In this document: positions 20,811 through 30,368 of the stretch, piece by piece
Layout: every line of letters starts with the position of its first letter
Numbering within the stretch: the stretch's first letter is position 1
From: a virus
Direction: 5' to 3' (one strand)
IMG/VR virus record: IMGVR_UViG_3300030329_004520
Span: 18,544 to 82,543 of that record
DNA length: 64,000 nucleotides
Position numbers and translations under genes: made by a program
Notes under the pieces: generated by a model
Databases searched by the model: none
Told to the model about the DNA's origin: nothing
What the model saw: the letters and a program-made list of their open reading frames with translations, nothing else

Positions 20811-22085
20811 ATGCCAAATCATTATGGAAATGCCGGTGGAAATAGAGGAAGAGGAAATCTAGCTTCTAACACCCAAAGATTGAATCAAGGAGCGAGTCAA
20901 GGCACTGCATTCAGTCAACAAACTCAAGACCAATCTATCAATCTATCTTTCGGAGCAGCATTGTCAGTCGGTGATGTTTTGACAACTCAAACTAAAGTAA
21001 CCAAAGGGTATTTTACTGGTGATACTGGCTTATTAACTGGAAATTTGATTCACACTGGAAGTTTAGGTTCTACTAATTTACCATACTATTATAATTTAAC
21101 AAATAATCATCCTTTGTCATCAAGTGTAGCTACACAATTCGCAATAACATTTGGTCATAGAGGAGGTTCTGGTTCTCAATGTCTAGATGGTACTGGTAAT
21201 GAAACTTTAGTTGGTCCTAGTAAAGCTATTTATAATCAATTAGCTACTTTAGTATTACCGGAAGGTGAAGTATCGGGTGGTTTCGAAATATCAAAACAAG
21301 GTAATCACGCAGAAACTGCAGCTGGTCCTTTAACAGGTCCTGATGAATATATTTATGCATTAATTGGTCAACGAGGTCGTTTTAAAGATGAATTAGATTA
21401 TGGTAATTGGACATTAAAATTAAAAGGACAAAACTCTGATGGTACTGATACAAGAACATTATACTTAACTGATGATAGTAAAGATACAAGTGCTACCGTT
21501 AAAAATAGTATTTATGGTAGAAAATTTAATATCGTAAGTGGTTCAGTAGGTAATACAATAAGTAGTTCAGCATACAGAACATTTGGTTGGTATTATCCAG
21601 AAGCGGGTATGATGATATTAAGTGGTCACGAATTATCTGCTAGTATACCTGGACAAACAAACACCAAACATATGACTGCTAGTTTTGATGCATCTGTAAC
21701 AGCTGGAACACATTTAACACATAGTGGCTTCGCTCCTAACTTACATAATGGTGGTAATCCACAAAATGCACTGAGATTAGCTACTTGTATGAGATATATT
21801 AATACTGCAGAACAAAGATTTAGAAGTGCTCAAATTCAAAACAAGAAAAGTTATTTTTTAACCGTACCACCATCGGCTTGTAATTTTTCCACTAACCCGA
21901 CATTTACTTCTGGTTCAGCTGGAAAAATTCGACATAAATCTATGTATGGTAATCCGAATGTATTTATAACTACCGTTGGTTTACATCGTAGTGATGGACG
22001 ATTAGTAGCAGTTGCTAAATTGTCATCACCAATTATAAAAAACTTTGGAGTACAGACAACGATAAAAGTAAACTTAACTTATTAA
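20811..22085 (+). CDS. baseplate/tail structural protein, paralog 1
   Basis: C-terminal VFITTVGL...GRLVAVAKLSSPIIK...IKVNLTY. Confidence 0.65.
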   Translation: MPNHYGNAGGNRGRGNLASNTQRLNQGASQGTAFSQQTQDQSINLSFGAALSVGDVLTTQTKVTKGYFTGDTGLLTGNLIHTGSLGSTNLPYYYNLTNNHPLSSSVATQFAITFGHRGGSGSQCLDGTGNETLVGPSKAIYNQLATLVLPEGEVSGGFEISKQGNHAETAAGPLTGPDEYIYALIGQRGRFKDELDYGNWTLKLKGQNSDGTDTRTLYLTDDSKDTSATVKNSIYGRKFNIVSGSVGNTISSSAYRTFGWYYPEAGMMILSGHELSASIPGQTNTKHMTASFDASVTAGTHLTHSGFAPNLHNGGNPQNALRLATCMRYINTAEQRFRSAQIQNKKSYFLTVPPSACNFSTNPTFTSGSAGKIRHKSMYGNPNVFITTVGLHRSDGRLVAVAKLSSPIIKNFGVQTTIKVNLTY

Positions 22086-22100
22086 GGTTGGAAAAATGAT

Positions 22101-23090
22101 ATGGCTACATTTTATAAAGGCATTGAATATGTATCAAATCCACGAGAAAGAGTAGTTTATTACAAAAACCAATCATTTACTAATACAGATGAGGGTATTT
22201 CTTCCGTACAATTCAGGTCAGAATCTTTACAATATGAATCAGCGACTGGTTTAAAACAACATACAATTTCTGGTAGTCATTATCAGTTCGCAGATAATTT
22301 TTTAAATTCTGATAAAGAATCTCAATTTGATGGATATGTAAACATACATAGAAATAAATTTTATACATCAGGTTCAGTACTTTATATTCCTCAACAATAT
22401 TTCGGAGAGCAGATAAAACCAAAATCTTTTACTTTAACTGATGACTCTACAGCTAAACAAGTAATAATAAAAGATGATGGAAGAGGTAACTTGTTTTCAT
22501 CTAATGCACATAATTCAAGAAGTGTAAGTTCCGTTTCGTCTTCAGATAATTATGTAGGAAATATTCATTATCAGAGTGGTGTAGTTTTACTTACAGAAAC
22601 AGCTTCGTGGTCAGGTTCTGGATTAAATACAACAGATATAAATTATAGTGATGTTACACGAGGTAGTTATAGAGTTGATTTTAATTCAACACAAACAATT
22701 ACACAAAATGAAATAATTGTAAAGATTAAATCACACGAGTTCAACGCAACAGGTAATCAAAGTATTTATAAAAACCATGACGCGGTCAGGTCATCAGAAA
22801 TAATAGAAAATATTTCTAAAAGTATAGATGATTTTTCACCATACGCAACAGGTATAGCATTTTATAAAGATATACCATCTGTTTTATCTATTAGAACGAT
22901 AGATACAGGTGAGAGGACTATAGTATCAAAGTCATATGATGAATCGTATAATCCTATAGATGAATATGTAGGAGATGATGTAGTTTTTTATGTTCCTGAA
23001 ACTGAACCATTAATGGTGGCCAAATTTCCTAGACCAATTAAAATAGATAGTACTGGTGATATAACATTAATTATTAGATATGATACATAA
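22101..23090 (+). CDS. baseplate/tail structural protein, paralog 2
   Basis: IPQQYFGEQIKPKSF, DDGRGNL, VGNIHY, PYATGIAFY...LMVAKFPRPIK...IIRYDT. Confidence 0.65.
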   Translation: MATFYKGIEYVSNPRERVVYYKNQSFTNTDEGISSVQFRSESLQYESATGLKQHTISGSHYQFADNFLNSDKESQFDGYVNIHRNKFYTSGSVLYIPQQYFGEQIKPKSFTLTDDSTAKQVIIKDDGRGNLFSSNAHNSRSVSSVSSSDNYVGNIHYQSGVVLLTETASWSGSGLNTTDINYSDVTRGSYRVDFNSTQTITQNEIIVKIKSHEFNATGNQSIYKNHDAVRSSEIIENISKSIDDFSPYATGIAFYKDIPSVLSIRTIDTGERTIVSKSYDESYNPIDEYVGDDVVFYVPETEPLMVAKFPRPIKIDSTGDITLIIRYDT

Positions 23091-23101
23091 AAGAGAAAAA
23101 G

Positions 23102-26100
23102 ATGGCACAAAATAATCAAAATCAACAAACTGATACTGGTGGTAATAATAATATAGATTATACAATAAATTTATTTTTACACGGAGTAGATGTAGGAACT
23201 ATTGTAGAAATAGGAACAGCCAATTCATTTTTTGGTAATCAACGACTTACAAATGTACCTTCAGTAGAAGAATTAGAATTAGTTAGTCAAATAAATCCTA
23301 TAAGTAGTGCACATCCACAGATGTTAAACAAATGTTTTCAATTTCCGGGATATCGTCTTTCTACTAATAGTGCAGATACTTATGAAGAATCTTTAATTAA
23401 TCCATTAGGTGGTTATGGAGCTTTAAGTCATACTAGTTGGAACACTTATTTTGCTGATTCAAGTTGGAAATATGAAGGTAGTAATAGTTCTGTTTATTTT
23501 ACAGCACCGGCTCAGAATAATACTTGGAATTGGACTACATATTTACAAGTTCTTTTAAATCACAATAGAATAAGTGGACTACCTATGTTACTTGATGAAA
23601 GTAGTCATTTAACTCGTTGTAAACAAATTATAAGAGGTGTTGGTAATGGAAATCCTCCATATGAGTGGATACCAGTAACTACACCATTAATAAAAACTAG
23701 AATGTTATTACGAGAATGGCATGACACTAGTTTACAGACAACAGACGATTGGGTAGAATTTTATTGGGTAGCACAATGTAATGGGCATGTTAATGGAATA
23801 ACTGGAGACCCTACTACTGATTTTCGTTTATTAGATAGTTCTGGTACTCCTATAGAATTTGGTACTTTTCCTGGTATGGAATTCGGAGCTGCATTGACTG
23901 GTACATATACTAATCCAAATGGCCAAACTTTTGGTATAGAAGGTAACATATATGATTTATATCAAGTAGCATTACCATATGGTATGCCGAAATTAGTAAT
24001 ACCATTTAGACGACCTTTATCAGTTACTTTTGATGATTGTTTTGCGGACGGAGCTGAGTACCAAGGAGCACTTGATGGTGAAGGAATTACATTCGGAGAT
24101 TTTTCAGAAACTTTAGGATTCAGACAACCACGAGTTTTCCCGTTCACTGGATTACATAATCCAACAGGACAAGTAACTGATGGCTTTCCACATAAAGGTT
24201 TTGCACCGGGTGATGAACCAAACGATGCTTTAATAAATGCATATGAGTCACAGGACAATTATATACAAGATACAGCTGACCAATGGGGACCTTACATATG
24301 GGGTATAGGAGAATTTTCTTCTTATCAAGATAGACACCGATTATTTGGGATAAATAATGGAAATCTTTCATTACAAGGATTTTTCATTAATGATTATGAT
24401 TTAGCTAACATATACGAATATGATTCACATACAGGTTTCCCTATAAATCATAATGCAGATACTTATCAAGCCAATATGAATATATATAATCAAATAATAA
24501 ATCATCCTAATATATCTCTACAAAATAAACAGAAAGTTTATTTAATGCGACAAAGATATGCTATGACTGCACTTGATGGTTGGGGACAAGCGACTGGTGG
24601 ATTTTTACCATCTATACAATCAGTATTAGATGCGTATCAAATGAGTTCTGGATTAAATTCATCTAATAGTTTAATGATTGATATTAATGAAAAACTATGT
24701 CCATTAGGTCCTCCGGCACCAGCTGGTTATGACCCAATAGTAGGTCATAATTGGGAACAATTTTTTGGAATATCAGCTGATGAGAATATATCATTTTCAG
24801 ATGGATATGTTCCATTTTATTTTTCTAATTCATTAAATTTTAATGTTACAGATGAAACTACTACAGATGGTTTTAACAACTCAGCTCTTATAAATAGTTT
24901 TAATAATTATTGTGCCGAACATTCTATTCAGATAAGTGGAGCAAATTTAACAAATTTATTCCATTTATGTCAAGAATTTGTAGATAGAAAAATATGGGAA
25001 TGGTGTTTCGATGCATATGTAGTAGCTAGACAACTTTATAGTGGTTCAAGTCCAACACCAACTCCGACAGAATTATTCATATTAAGTGAATCTGGAACAG
25101 GAGCTATAACATTACAAATGATACAAGAAAATGAATCACTATCAGCGGCTGATAAAGATAAAGTTACTTTATTTAGATTAATAGTGATGACATTGTATAG
25201 TATGTGGTTACAACAATATAATAGTGAAAATGGACCCGCGTTTAATCATCCTAATCATTTATTCGCTCCGTTTACAGGTCAATGGTCAGAATCAGAAGGA
25301 GCGACAACTGAAGAACAAAGCACTTTAAATGATATTAGTTATCCACCACATGCGGCATGGGAAACTTATGTTGAGAATGGTTGGTCAGATTGGATAAAAT
25401 TAGCTATAATAACTCTACCGACGAATTATGGTGGTATACAAATGTTTGAAACTTATAATTTTATAATATATTGTGCCTCAGGTGGAACAATATATATACC
25501 AAATGATACATATCAAGCTACACCGAGTGATAATTTCTTACCAGATGCGATGACAAGTGATGTAGATTGGGGAGTCTTTTATCAACCAATGGGATATATT
25601 CTTGAACCTGGATGGAATACTATCACTTACTATGGTCCCGATTTTACAGGAACAAATCCGTGGGCAGAAGCTGCTTATATAAATGAAAATTTTGATGGAC
25701 TAAATGGTCAAATAGAATTTATTAATTTTGGTAGTTCTCAATCTTTAATATATTCATATGAATCTATTACTACTGATGAAGGTAACTTCGTCACAGGTTT
25801 CTATCCTTCGAGTGCAACAGGTGAAACTATTTTAAAATATGGTCAAGAAATACAAGTTAAAGTTAGTGAACAACAAGTTGAGTTTGAAACTATGGCATTC
25901 GGTAGTCCTATTGAAAATGTTTATAATTATTGGTTTAGTACGAATACTACTATGTATCAAATGGTACAAACTTTGATGATGGCCGGTTATAATGGTACAA
26001 CATTAGATGCTAATGGTGATGGAGATATAACTTTAGCTGACGGAATGGCTATAGCTAATGCATTGGATGATTATAGACCATATCAATTTATTCAATGGGC

Positions 26101-27511
26101 TCAACAGATTGGCCAAAGTGATATTATATATCAATATTTTCCACCGAATGGTATGACGATAAATCCTTTAACACAAGATGAAATACAAGAATTTGGTTTA
26201 CCTCCAATGCCAAGTTTATTTTACGCACCAGCTGGCTCAGTAAAAACATTTGACGCAATACAAAATTTAACACATAATAGAACACGAGGTTACTTTAAAG
26301 GTAATCCAGCATTGAATGAAATCGGTGCTACAACAATGTTAACAGCTACTAATGGTAATTCTACATTACCCAACTATGAAGGTACGAATGCATCACAGAA
26401 TGAAATTGGAGCACGATACATTAATGGTAACCAAATATTTACTCAAAGTCGTAACCCAAGTAATGACCCATATAATTATGTTATTTTAGATGGTGACCCT
26501 AGTAACGCCGATTCAGAACCTATCTTTTCTGTTAGTTTTGGTCAAAGAGAGGGTTCGGGTTCAAGAGTTAGTGGAAATGGTAAATCGGCGGCATATGCTA
26601 TATATAAACAATGGGCTAATACACTACTTGGTACGGAACGAGGAGAATTTTTCTCAATATCAGGTTCTTTGAGAGGTACAGATTTAGCTCCTTCAGATAA
26701 TGTCAATAGTAATTCACCTATTTCTGATTCAAATAGAAATCCTGACGAATATATCTATGTTTTATCTTCTATTAAAAAAGGTGATGCTATTTTAGATAAA
26801 AATATACCAGATTGGCAAATAACTTTAAGTGGTTCCAATCTTACAGGAGGAGGAGCTACCGTAAGTTTTGTTAGTGATTATGAATTTAATAAAGGTGGTT
26901 ACTATCAAAGTAATGGTTTACTAAGATATAATATAATTAGAAAACAAATACAGGGAGATGGTTCTAATCAAGGCTTAACGCCACCAAGTTCAGCTTCTTA
27001 TGGTCATTTTTATCCAGATATGGGAGTTTGGGTATTCAATGAAATGGTAGTAAGACATTTTGGAGGACAAGGAAGTACTGATGTAGTTGATTTCAATAGA
27101 CCTGGTAAATCTCATAATGGTTTAGCGATGAATGGAGCAGCAAGAAGTGATAAAGAATATAATAATGCATTAAAATTTGTAAATGCTCTTAGAAATAGAG
27201 GAACAAGTAAATGTATTGAAAGTTTAGTTTACCAAAATGAAGAAAACTTAAAATTATGTGTAGCTAGAATAAAGCCTGAAGAATTAAATTATACTTTGAA
27301 TCAAACAAGATTAGAAAAAAATGGTAAATTAAATACTTTTAGTAATACTATGAATTATGAAGAAAATACTGATAATACTCCTACATCGTTTGCTAATAGT
27401 ATTCAAATATATGATAAATATGGTTATATGGTGGCTGTAGGTAATTTAAGTACACCATTAAAAAAAGATTTTAATTCAGAAATAGTTATTAAAGTTGTAG
27501 TACCAACATAA
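23102..27511 (+). CDS. baseplate/tail structural protein, paralog 3, with ~1000-aa N-terminal extension
   Basis: C-terminal ~420 aa align by eye with 20811 (TRGYF, FSVSFG..EGSGS, AIYKQ.A, PDEYIY, YG.FYP..G, VAVGNLSTPLKK). Confidence 0.7.
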   Translation: MAQNNQNQQTDTGGNNNIDYTINLFLHGVDVGTIVEIGTANSFFGNQRLTNVPSVEELELVSQINPISSAHPQMLNKCFQFPGYRLSTNSADTYEESLINPLGGYGALSHTSWNTYFADSSWKYEGSNSSVYFTAPAQNNTWNWTTYLQVLLNHNRISGLPMLLDESSHLTRCKQIIRGVGNGNPPYEWIPVTTPLIKTRMLLREWHDTSLQTTDDWVEFYWVAQCNGHVNGITGDPTTDFRLLDSSGTPIEFGTFPGMEFGAALTGTYTNPNGQTFGIEGNIYDLYQVALPYGMPKLVIPFRRPLSVTFDDCFADGAEYQGALDGEGITFGDFSETLGFRQPRVFPFTGLHNPTGQVTDGFPHKGFAPGDEPNDALINAYESQDNYIQDTADQWGPYIWGIGEFSSYQDRHRLFGINNGNLSLQGFFINDYDLANIYEYDSHTGFPINHNADTYQANMNIYNQIINHPNISLQNKQKVYLMRQRYAMTALDGWGQATGGFLPSIQSVLDAYQMSSGLNSSNSLMIDINEKLCPLGPPAPAGYDPIVGHNWEQFFGISADENISFSDGYVPFYFSNSLNFNVTDETTTDGFNNSALINSFNNYCAEHSIQISGANLTNLFHLCQEFVDRKIWEWCFDAYVVARQLYSGSSPTPTPTELFILSESGTGAITLQMIQENESLSAADKDKVTLFRLIVMTLYSMWLQQYNSENGPAFNHPNHLFAPFTGQWSESEGATTEEQSTLNDISYPPHAAWETYVENGWSDWIKLAIITLPTNYGGIQMFETYNFIIYCASGGTIYIPNDTYQATPSDNFLPDAMTSDVDWGVFYQPMGYILEPGWNTITYYGPDFTGTNPWAEAAYINENFDGLNGQIEFINFGSSQSLIYSYESITTDEGNFVTGFYPSSATGETILKYGQEIQVKVSEQQVEFETMAFGSPIENVYNYWFSTNTTMYQMVQTLMMAGYNGTTLDANGDGDITLADGMAIANALDDYRPYQFIQWAQQIGQSDIIYQYFPPNGMTINPLTQDEIQEFGLPPMPSLFYAPAGSVKTFDAIQNLTHNRTRGYFKGNPALNEIGATTMLTATNGNSTLPNYEGTNASQNEIGARYINGNQIFTQSRNPSNDPYNYVILDGDPSNADSEPIFSVSFGQREGSGSRVSGNGKSAAYAIYKQWANTLLGTERGEFFSISGSLRGTDLAPSDNVNSNSPISDSNRNPDEYIYVLSSIKKGDAILDKNIPDWQITLSGSNLTGGGATVSFVSDYEFNKGGYYQSNGLLRYNIIRKQIQGDGSNQGLTPPSSASYGHFYPDMGVWVFNEMVVRHFGGQGSTDVVDFNRPGKSHNGLAMNGAARSDKEYNNALKFVNALRNRGTSKCIESLVYQNEENLKLCVARIKPEELNYTLNQTRLEKNGKLNTFSNTMNYEENTDNTPTSFANSIQIYDKYGYMVAVGNLSTPLKKDFNSEIVIKVVVPT

Positions 27512-27521
27512 GGAAAATAAA

Positions 27522-28034
27522 ATGGTTACATTAGGATTAGATGCATCTACGACTTGTGTCGGATATGCATTCACACAAGATAAGAAGATTCTCGATATGG
27601 GATTCATCGACATCAAAAAAGAAAAAACACCAAAAGATAAAGTTCAGAAAGTTCTTGGATTTCTCAATGAAAGTTCGTATATTGATGAAGTTATGGATAT
27701 TAACATTGAAGATAATCTATCAGGATTTGCTGGTGGAAGAACTTCACAACAAGTTATTATCAAATTAGCTAAGTTTAATGCTATACTATGTTTTATGTTA
27801 GAAGAAATGTTTGAGTTTAATGTTCATAGTATAAATCCAATGACTGCTAGAAAACAAGTGTTTGGAAAAGCTAGAGTCAAAGGAATCAAAGCTAAAGATT
27901 TAGTTAAAATGAAAATAGAAGAAATGTATAACACAAAGAAATGGTGTAAAGAAACTACACGAGGTAATTGGGATAAAAGAAATATCGATATGTACGATGG
28001 TTTAGTAATGTCACTTTTTAAAAATAAAGCTTGA
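27522..28034 (+). CDS. RuvC-like Holliday junction resolvase
   Basis: TLGLDASTTCVGYA, INIED, P.TARK, DMYDG acidic catalytic pattern. Confidence 0.8.
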   Translation: MVTLGLDASTTCVGYAFTQDKKILDMGFIDIKKEKTPKDKVQKVLGFLNESSYIDEVMDINIEDNLSGFAGGRTSQQVIIKLAKFNAILCFMLEEMFEFNVHSINPMTARKQVFGKARVKGIKAKDLVKMKIEEMYNTKKWCKETTRGNWDKRNIDMYDGLVMSLFKNKA

Positions 28035-28060
28035 CTTTTATACTAAAACCTTCGTATATT
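28031..28060 (+). promoter_or_regulatory. sigma70-like promoter for the replication operon
   Basis: TTGACT-N18-TATATT followed by GTAT, matching 1712-1745. Confidence 0.65.
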
Positions 28061-28067
28061 GTATTAA

Positions 28068-28988
28068 ATGTATAAATACGAATTAGTCACATTATTAGAA
28101 AAAGTATTAATGAAGAGTTACCAAATGAAAAATGGTGAGCATGCTTTTCATTGTCCTTTCTGTAATCATCACAAAAAGAAATTACAAGTAAACTTTGACA
28201 CCCAAAAATGGCATTGTTGGGTTTGTAATGCTGGTGGTCATAAGATTGGTATATTACTCAGAAAGATAAATGCACCTAAACAAATCATTTCAGAGGTATT
28301 GAAAATACTCGGTGATTATAGAGGTGTCAAACACGAAAAAGATGAAAAAACAGAATATAATGTTAGTTTACCACAATGTTATAAACCTCTTTGGAAAAAA
28401 TCAGATGATACATTATATAAGCATGCGATACATTATTTGAAACAAAGAAATATCGGTCCGATAGATATTCTTCGTTATTCAATAGGATATTGTTCATCAA
28501 ATGGATACTCTAATCGTATTATTATTCCGAGTTATGATGCTGATGGTAAATTGAATTATTTTATAGCACGAGATATGTTTCCAAATTCAAAGTTTAAATA
28601 TAAGAATCCACCAATGTCAAAAGACACGGTGTGTTTTGAGATGTTTATAAATTGGAAAGAACCAATTGTTTTATGTGAAGGAGCATTTGATGCTATAGCT
28701 ATTAGAAATAATGTAATACCTTTATTAGGTAAATTTCCAAGTAAAACATTAGTTATGAGATTAGTGGAAAAGAAAGTAAAAAAGATTTATATCGCACTTG
28801 ATGAAGATGCGAGACAAGATGCCATTAAGTTAAGTAAGTTTTTAATGGATTATGGTATTGAAACATATTTAATAGACTTGAAAGATAAAGACCCTTCAGA
28901 AATGGGATTTAATAAATTTTGGAATTTATTACACGATACAAAACAAACAAAATTTTCAGATATAGTTAAGGGGAGATTATATGCGTAG
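28068..28988 (+). CDS. DNA primase (zinc finger + TOPRIM)
   Basis: CPFC...WHCWVC, RIIIPS, KYKNP, LCEGAFDA, IALDEDA, KDPSE. Confidence 0.92.
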   Translation: MYKYELVTLLEKVLMKSYQMKNGEHAFHCPFCNHHKKKLQVNFDTQKWHCWVCNAGGHKIGILLRKINAPKQIISEVLKILGDYRGVKHEKDEKTEYNVSLPQCYKPLWKKSDDTLYKHAIHYLKQRNIGPIDILRYSIGYCSSNGYSNRIIIPSYDADGKLNYFIARDMFPNSKFKYKNPPMSKDTVCFEMFINWKEPIVLCEGAFDAIAIRNNVIPLLGKFPSKTLVMRLVEKKVKKIYIALDEDARQDAIKLSKFLMDYGIETYLIDLKDKDPSEMGFNKFWNLLHDTKQTKFSDIVKGRLYA

Positions 28989-29490
28989 AAATTGGAACGA
29001 AAATTGGAGAAAATCAATCATAGTATTAAGTGGTGGATTCGACCCAGTACACAAAGGACATTTGAGAATGTTCAGAGAAGCGAGTTGGTTAGGACACCAA
29101 GTAATTGTAGGATTAAATTCAGATGATTGGTTGACTCGTAAAAAAGACAAACCATTTATGAAGTTTGAAGAAAGAAAAGAAATACTTGAAGGATTTAAAT
29201 ACATAAATCAAGTATTACCATTTGATGATTCAGATGATACGGCTAGTGATTTAATTAGAAGAGTTCATAATATTTATGATAGTGAATCACACGAACACGA
29301 ATATGAAGATGCGGGTCATATGGGTATGGTGGGTTATTATCAAATTTATTTCGCTAATGGTGGTGATAGAACTTCAGATAATGTACCTGAGATGAATATT
29401 TGTCGAGAATTAGATGTAACTATGTTATGGGGTGTCGGTGGAGGAAAAATCCAATCATCATCTTGGTTAATAGGAGGAAAAGATGAGTAA
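28981..29490 (+). CDS. cytidylyltransferase-like nucleotidyltransferase (TagD/RfaE-type HxGH)
   Basis: SGGFDPVHKGH, VGLNSD.WL..KK, FANGGDR, KIQSSS. Confidence 0.9.
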   Translation: MRRNWNENWRKSIIVLSGGFDPVHKGHLRMFREASWLGHQVIVGLNSDDWLTRKKDKPFMKFEERKEILEGFKYINQVLPFDDSDDTASDLIRRVHNIYDSESHEHEYEDAGHMGMVGYYQIYFANGGDRTSDNVPEMNICRELDVTMLWGVGGGKIQSSSWLIGGKDE

Positions 29491-29626
29491 AGATACAACA
29501 CCAGAACAATATTTAGAAATGTGGTTATCAGAACAGATACCTACAGGTGAATGGTTACGATTATTGGAATGGAGAGAAGATATTAAAGAGGTATATGAAA
29601 AACATTTAGAGGCTAAAGATGAATAG
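29483..29626 (+). CDS. 47-aa hypothetical protein (not in ORF track)
   Basis: AGGAGG RBS; MSKDTTPEQYLEMWLSEQIPTGEWLRLLEWREDIKEVYEKHLEAKDE; overlaps both neighbours by 8 nt. Confidence 0.7.
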   Translation: MSKDTTPEQYLEMWLSEQIPTGEWLRLLEWREDIKEVYEKHLEAKDE

Positions 29627-30368
29627 AGTTTATATATTTGATGTAGATGGAACATTAACACCATCAAGACAACCGATGACAAAAAAGTTTAGAGATTTTT
29701 TTAAAAAATGGGCTTTAGAAAACACATTTTATTTAGTTACAGGTTCTGATTTACCTAAACTTCAAGAACAAATGGAAGGTCTAGAAATACACGCCGATGG
29801 AATCTTCACTTGTTGTGGAAATGAATTTTGGCAAGCGGACCCAGCAGTACATCCAAAATATTGTGATTTAATTTATCAAAATAGATTTACTCCACCCGAT
29901 TCTCTAATTGAATACTTAGAAGAAAAATTAAAAGAAAGTAAATATTATCATAGAGCGGGTAATCATATTGAAAATAGAAAGTCTTTATTAAATTTTAGTG
30001 TAGTTGGTAGAAATTGTACATTAGAACAAAGAAAAGATTATTTTGAATGGGATAAAGAAAGAAATGAAAGAAAAAGTATAGCTACTGGTATAAAGTTTGG
30101 TTGGTCAAAACTAGATGCTGTCATAGGTGGCCAAATATCTATAGACATATATCCAAAGGGTAGAGATAAATCACAGATATTGGATATCATAGAACAAGAA
30201 AGACTTGTAAAACCTGATGAATATATTTTTATAGGTGATGGTATCAATAATAAGGGCAATGATTGGCCATTAGCAAAATTAATGCTTACTAAAAAAGATT
30301 ATTGTTCATCATATCAAACAGATGGTTGGAAAGAAACACAAAAAATATTGGAGAATTTAATTGATTAA
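29619..30368 (+). CDS. phosphomannomutase, HAD-IIB (PMM/Sec53-like)
   Basis: FDVDGTLTPSR, VTGSD, IENR..LLNFSVVGR, IGGQISIDI.P.G.DK, FIGD...GND.PL. Confidence 0.85.
   Translation: MNRVYIFDVDGTLTPSRQPMTKKFRDFFKKWALENTFYLVTGSDLPKLQEQMEGLEIHADGIFTCCGNEFWQADPAVHPKYCDLIYQNRFTPPDSLIEYLEEKLKESKYYHRAGNHIENRKSLLNFSVVGRNCTLEQRKDYFEWDKERNERKSIATGIKFGWSKLDAVIGGQISIDIYPKGRDKSQILDIIEQERLVKPDEYIFIGDGINNKGNDWPLAKLMLTKKDYCSSYQTDGWKETQKILENLID

Noticed and set aside
4745-27511. Bacterial T6SS or extracellular contractile injection system
   Set aside because: Flanked by primase, resolvase, Mre11-Rad50, PhoH and a phage-type sigma; no T6SS membrane-complex genes
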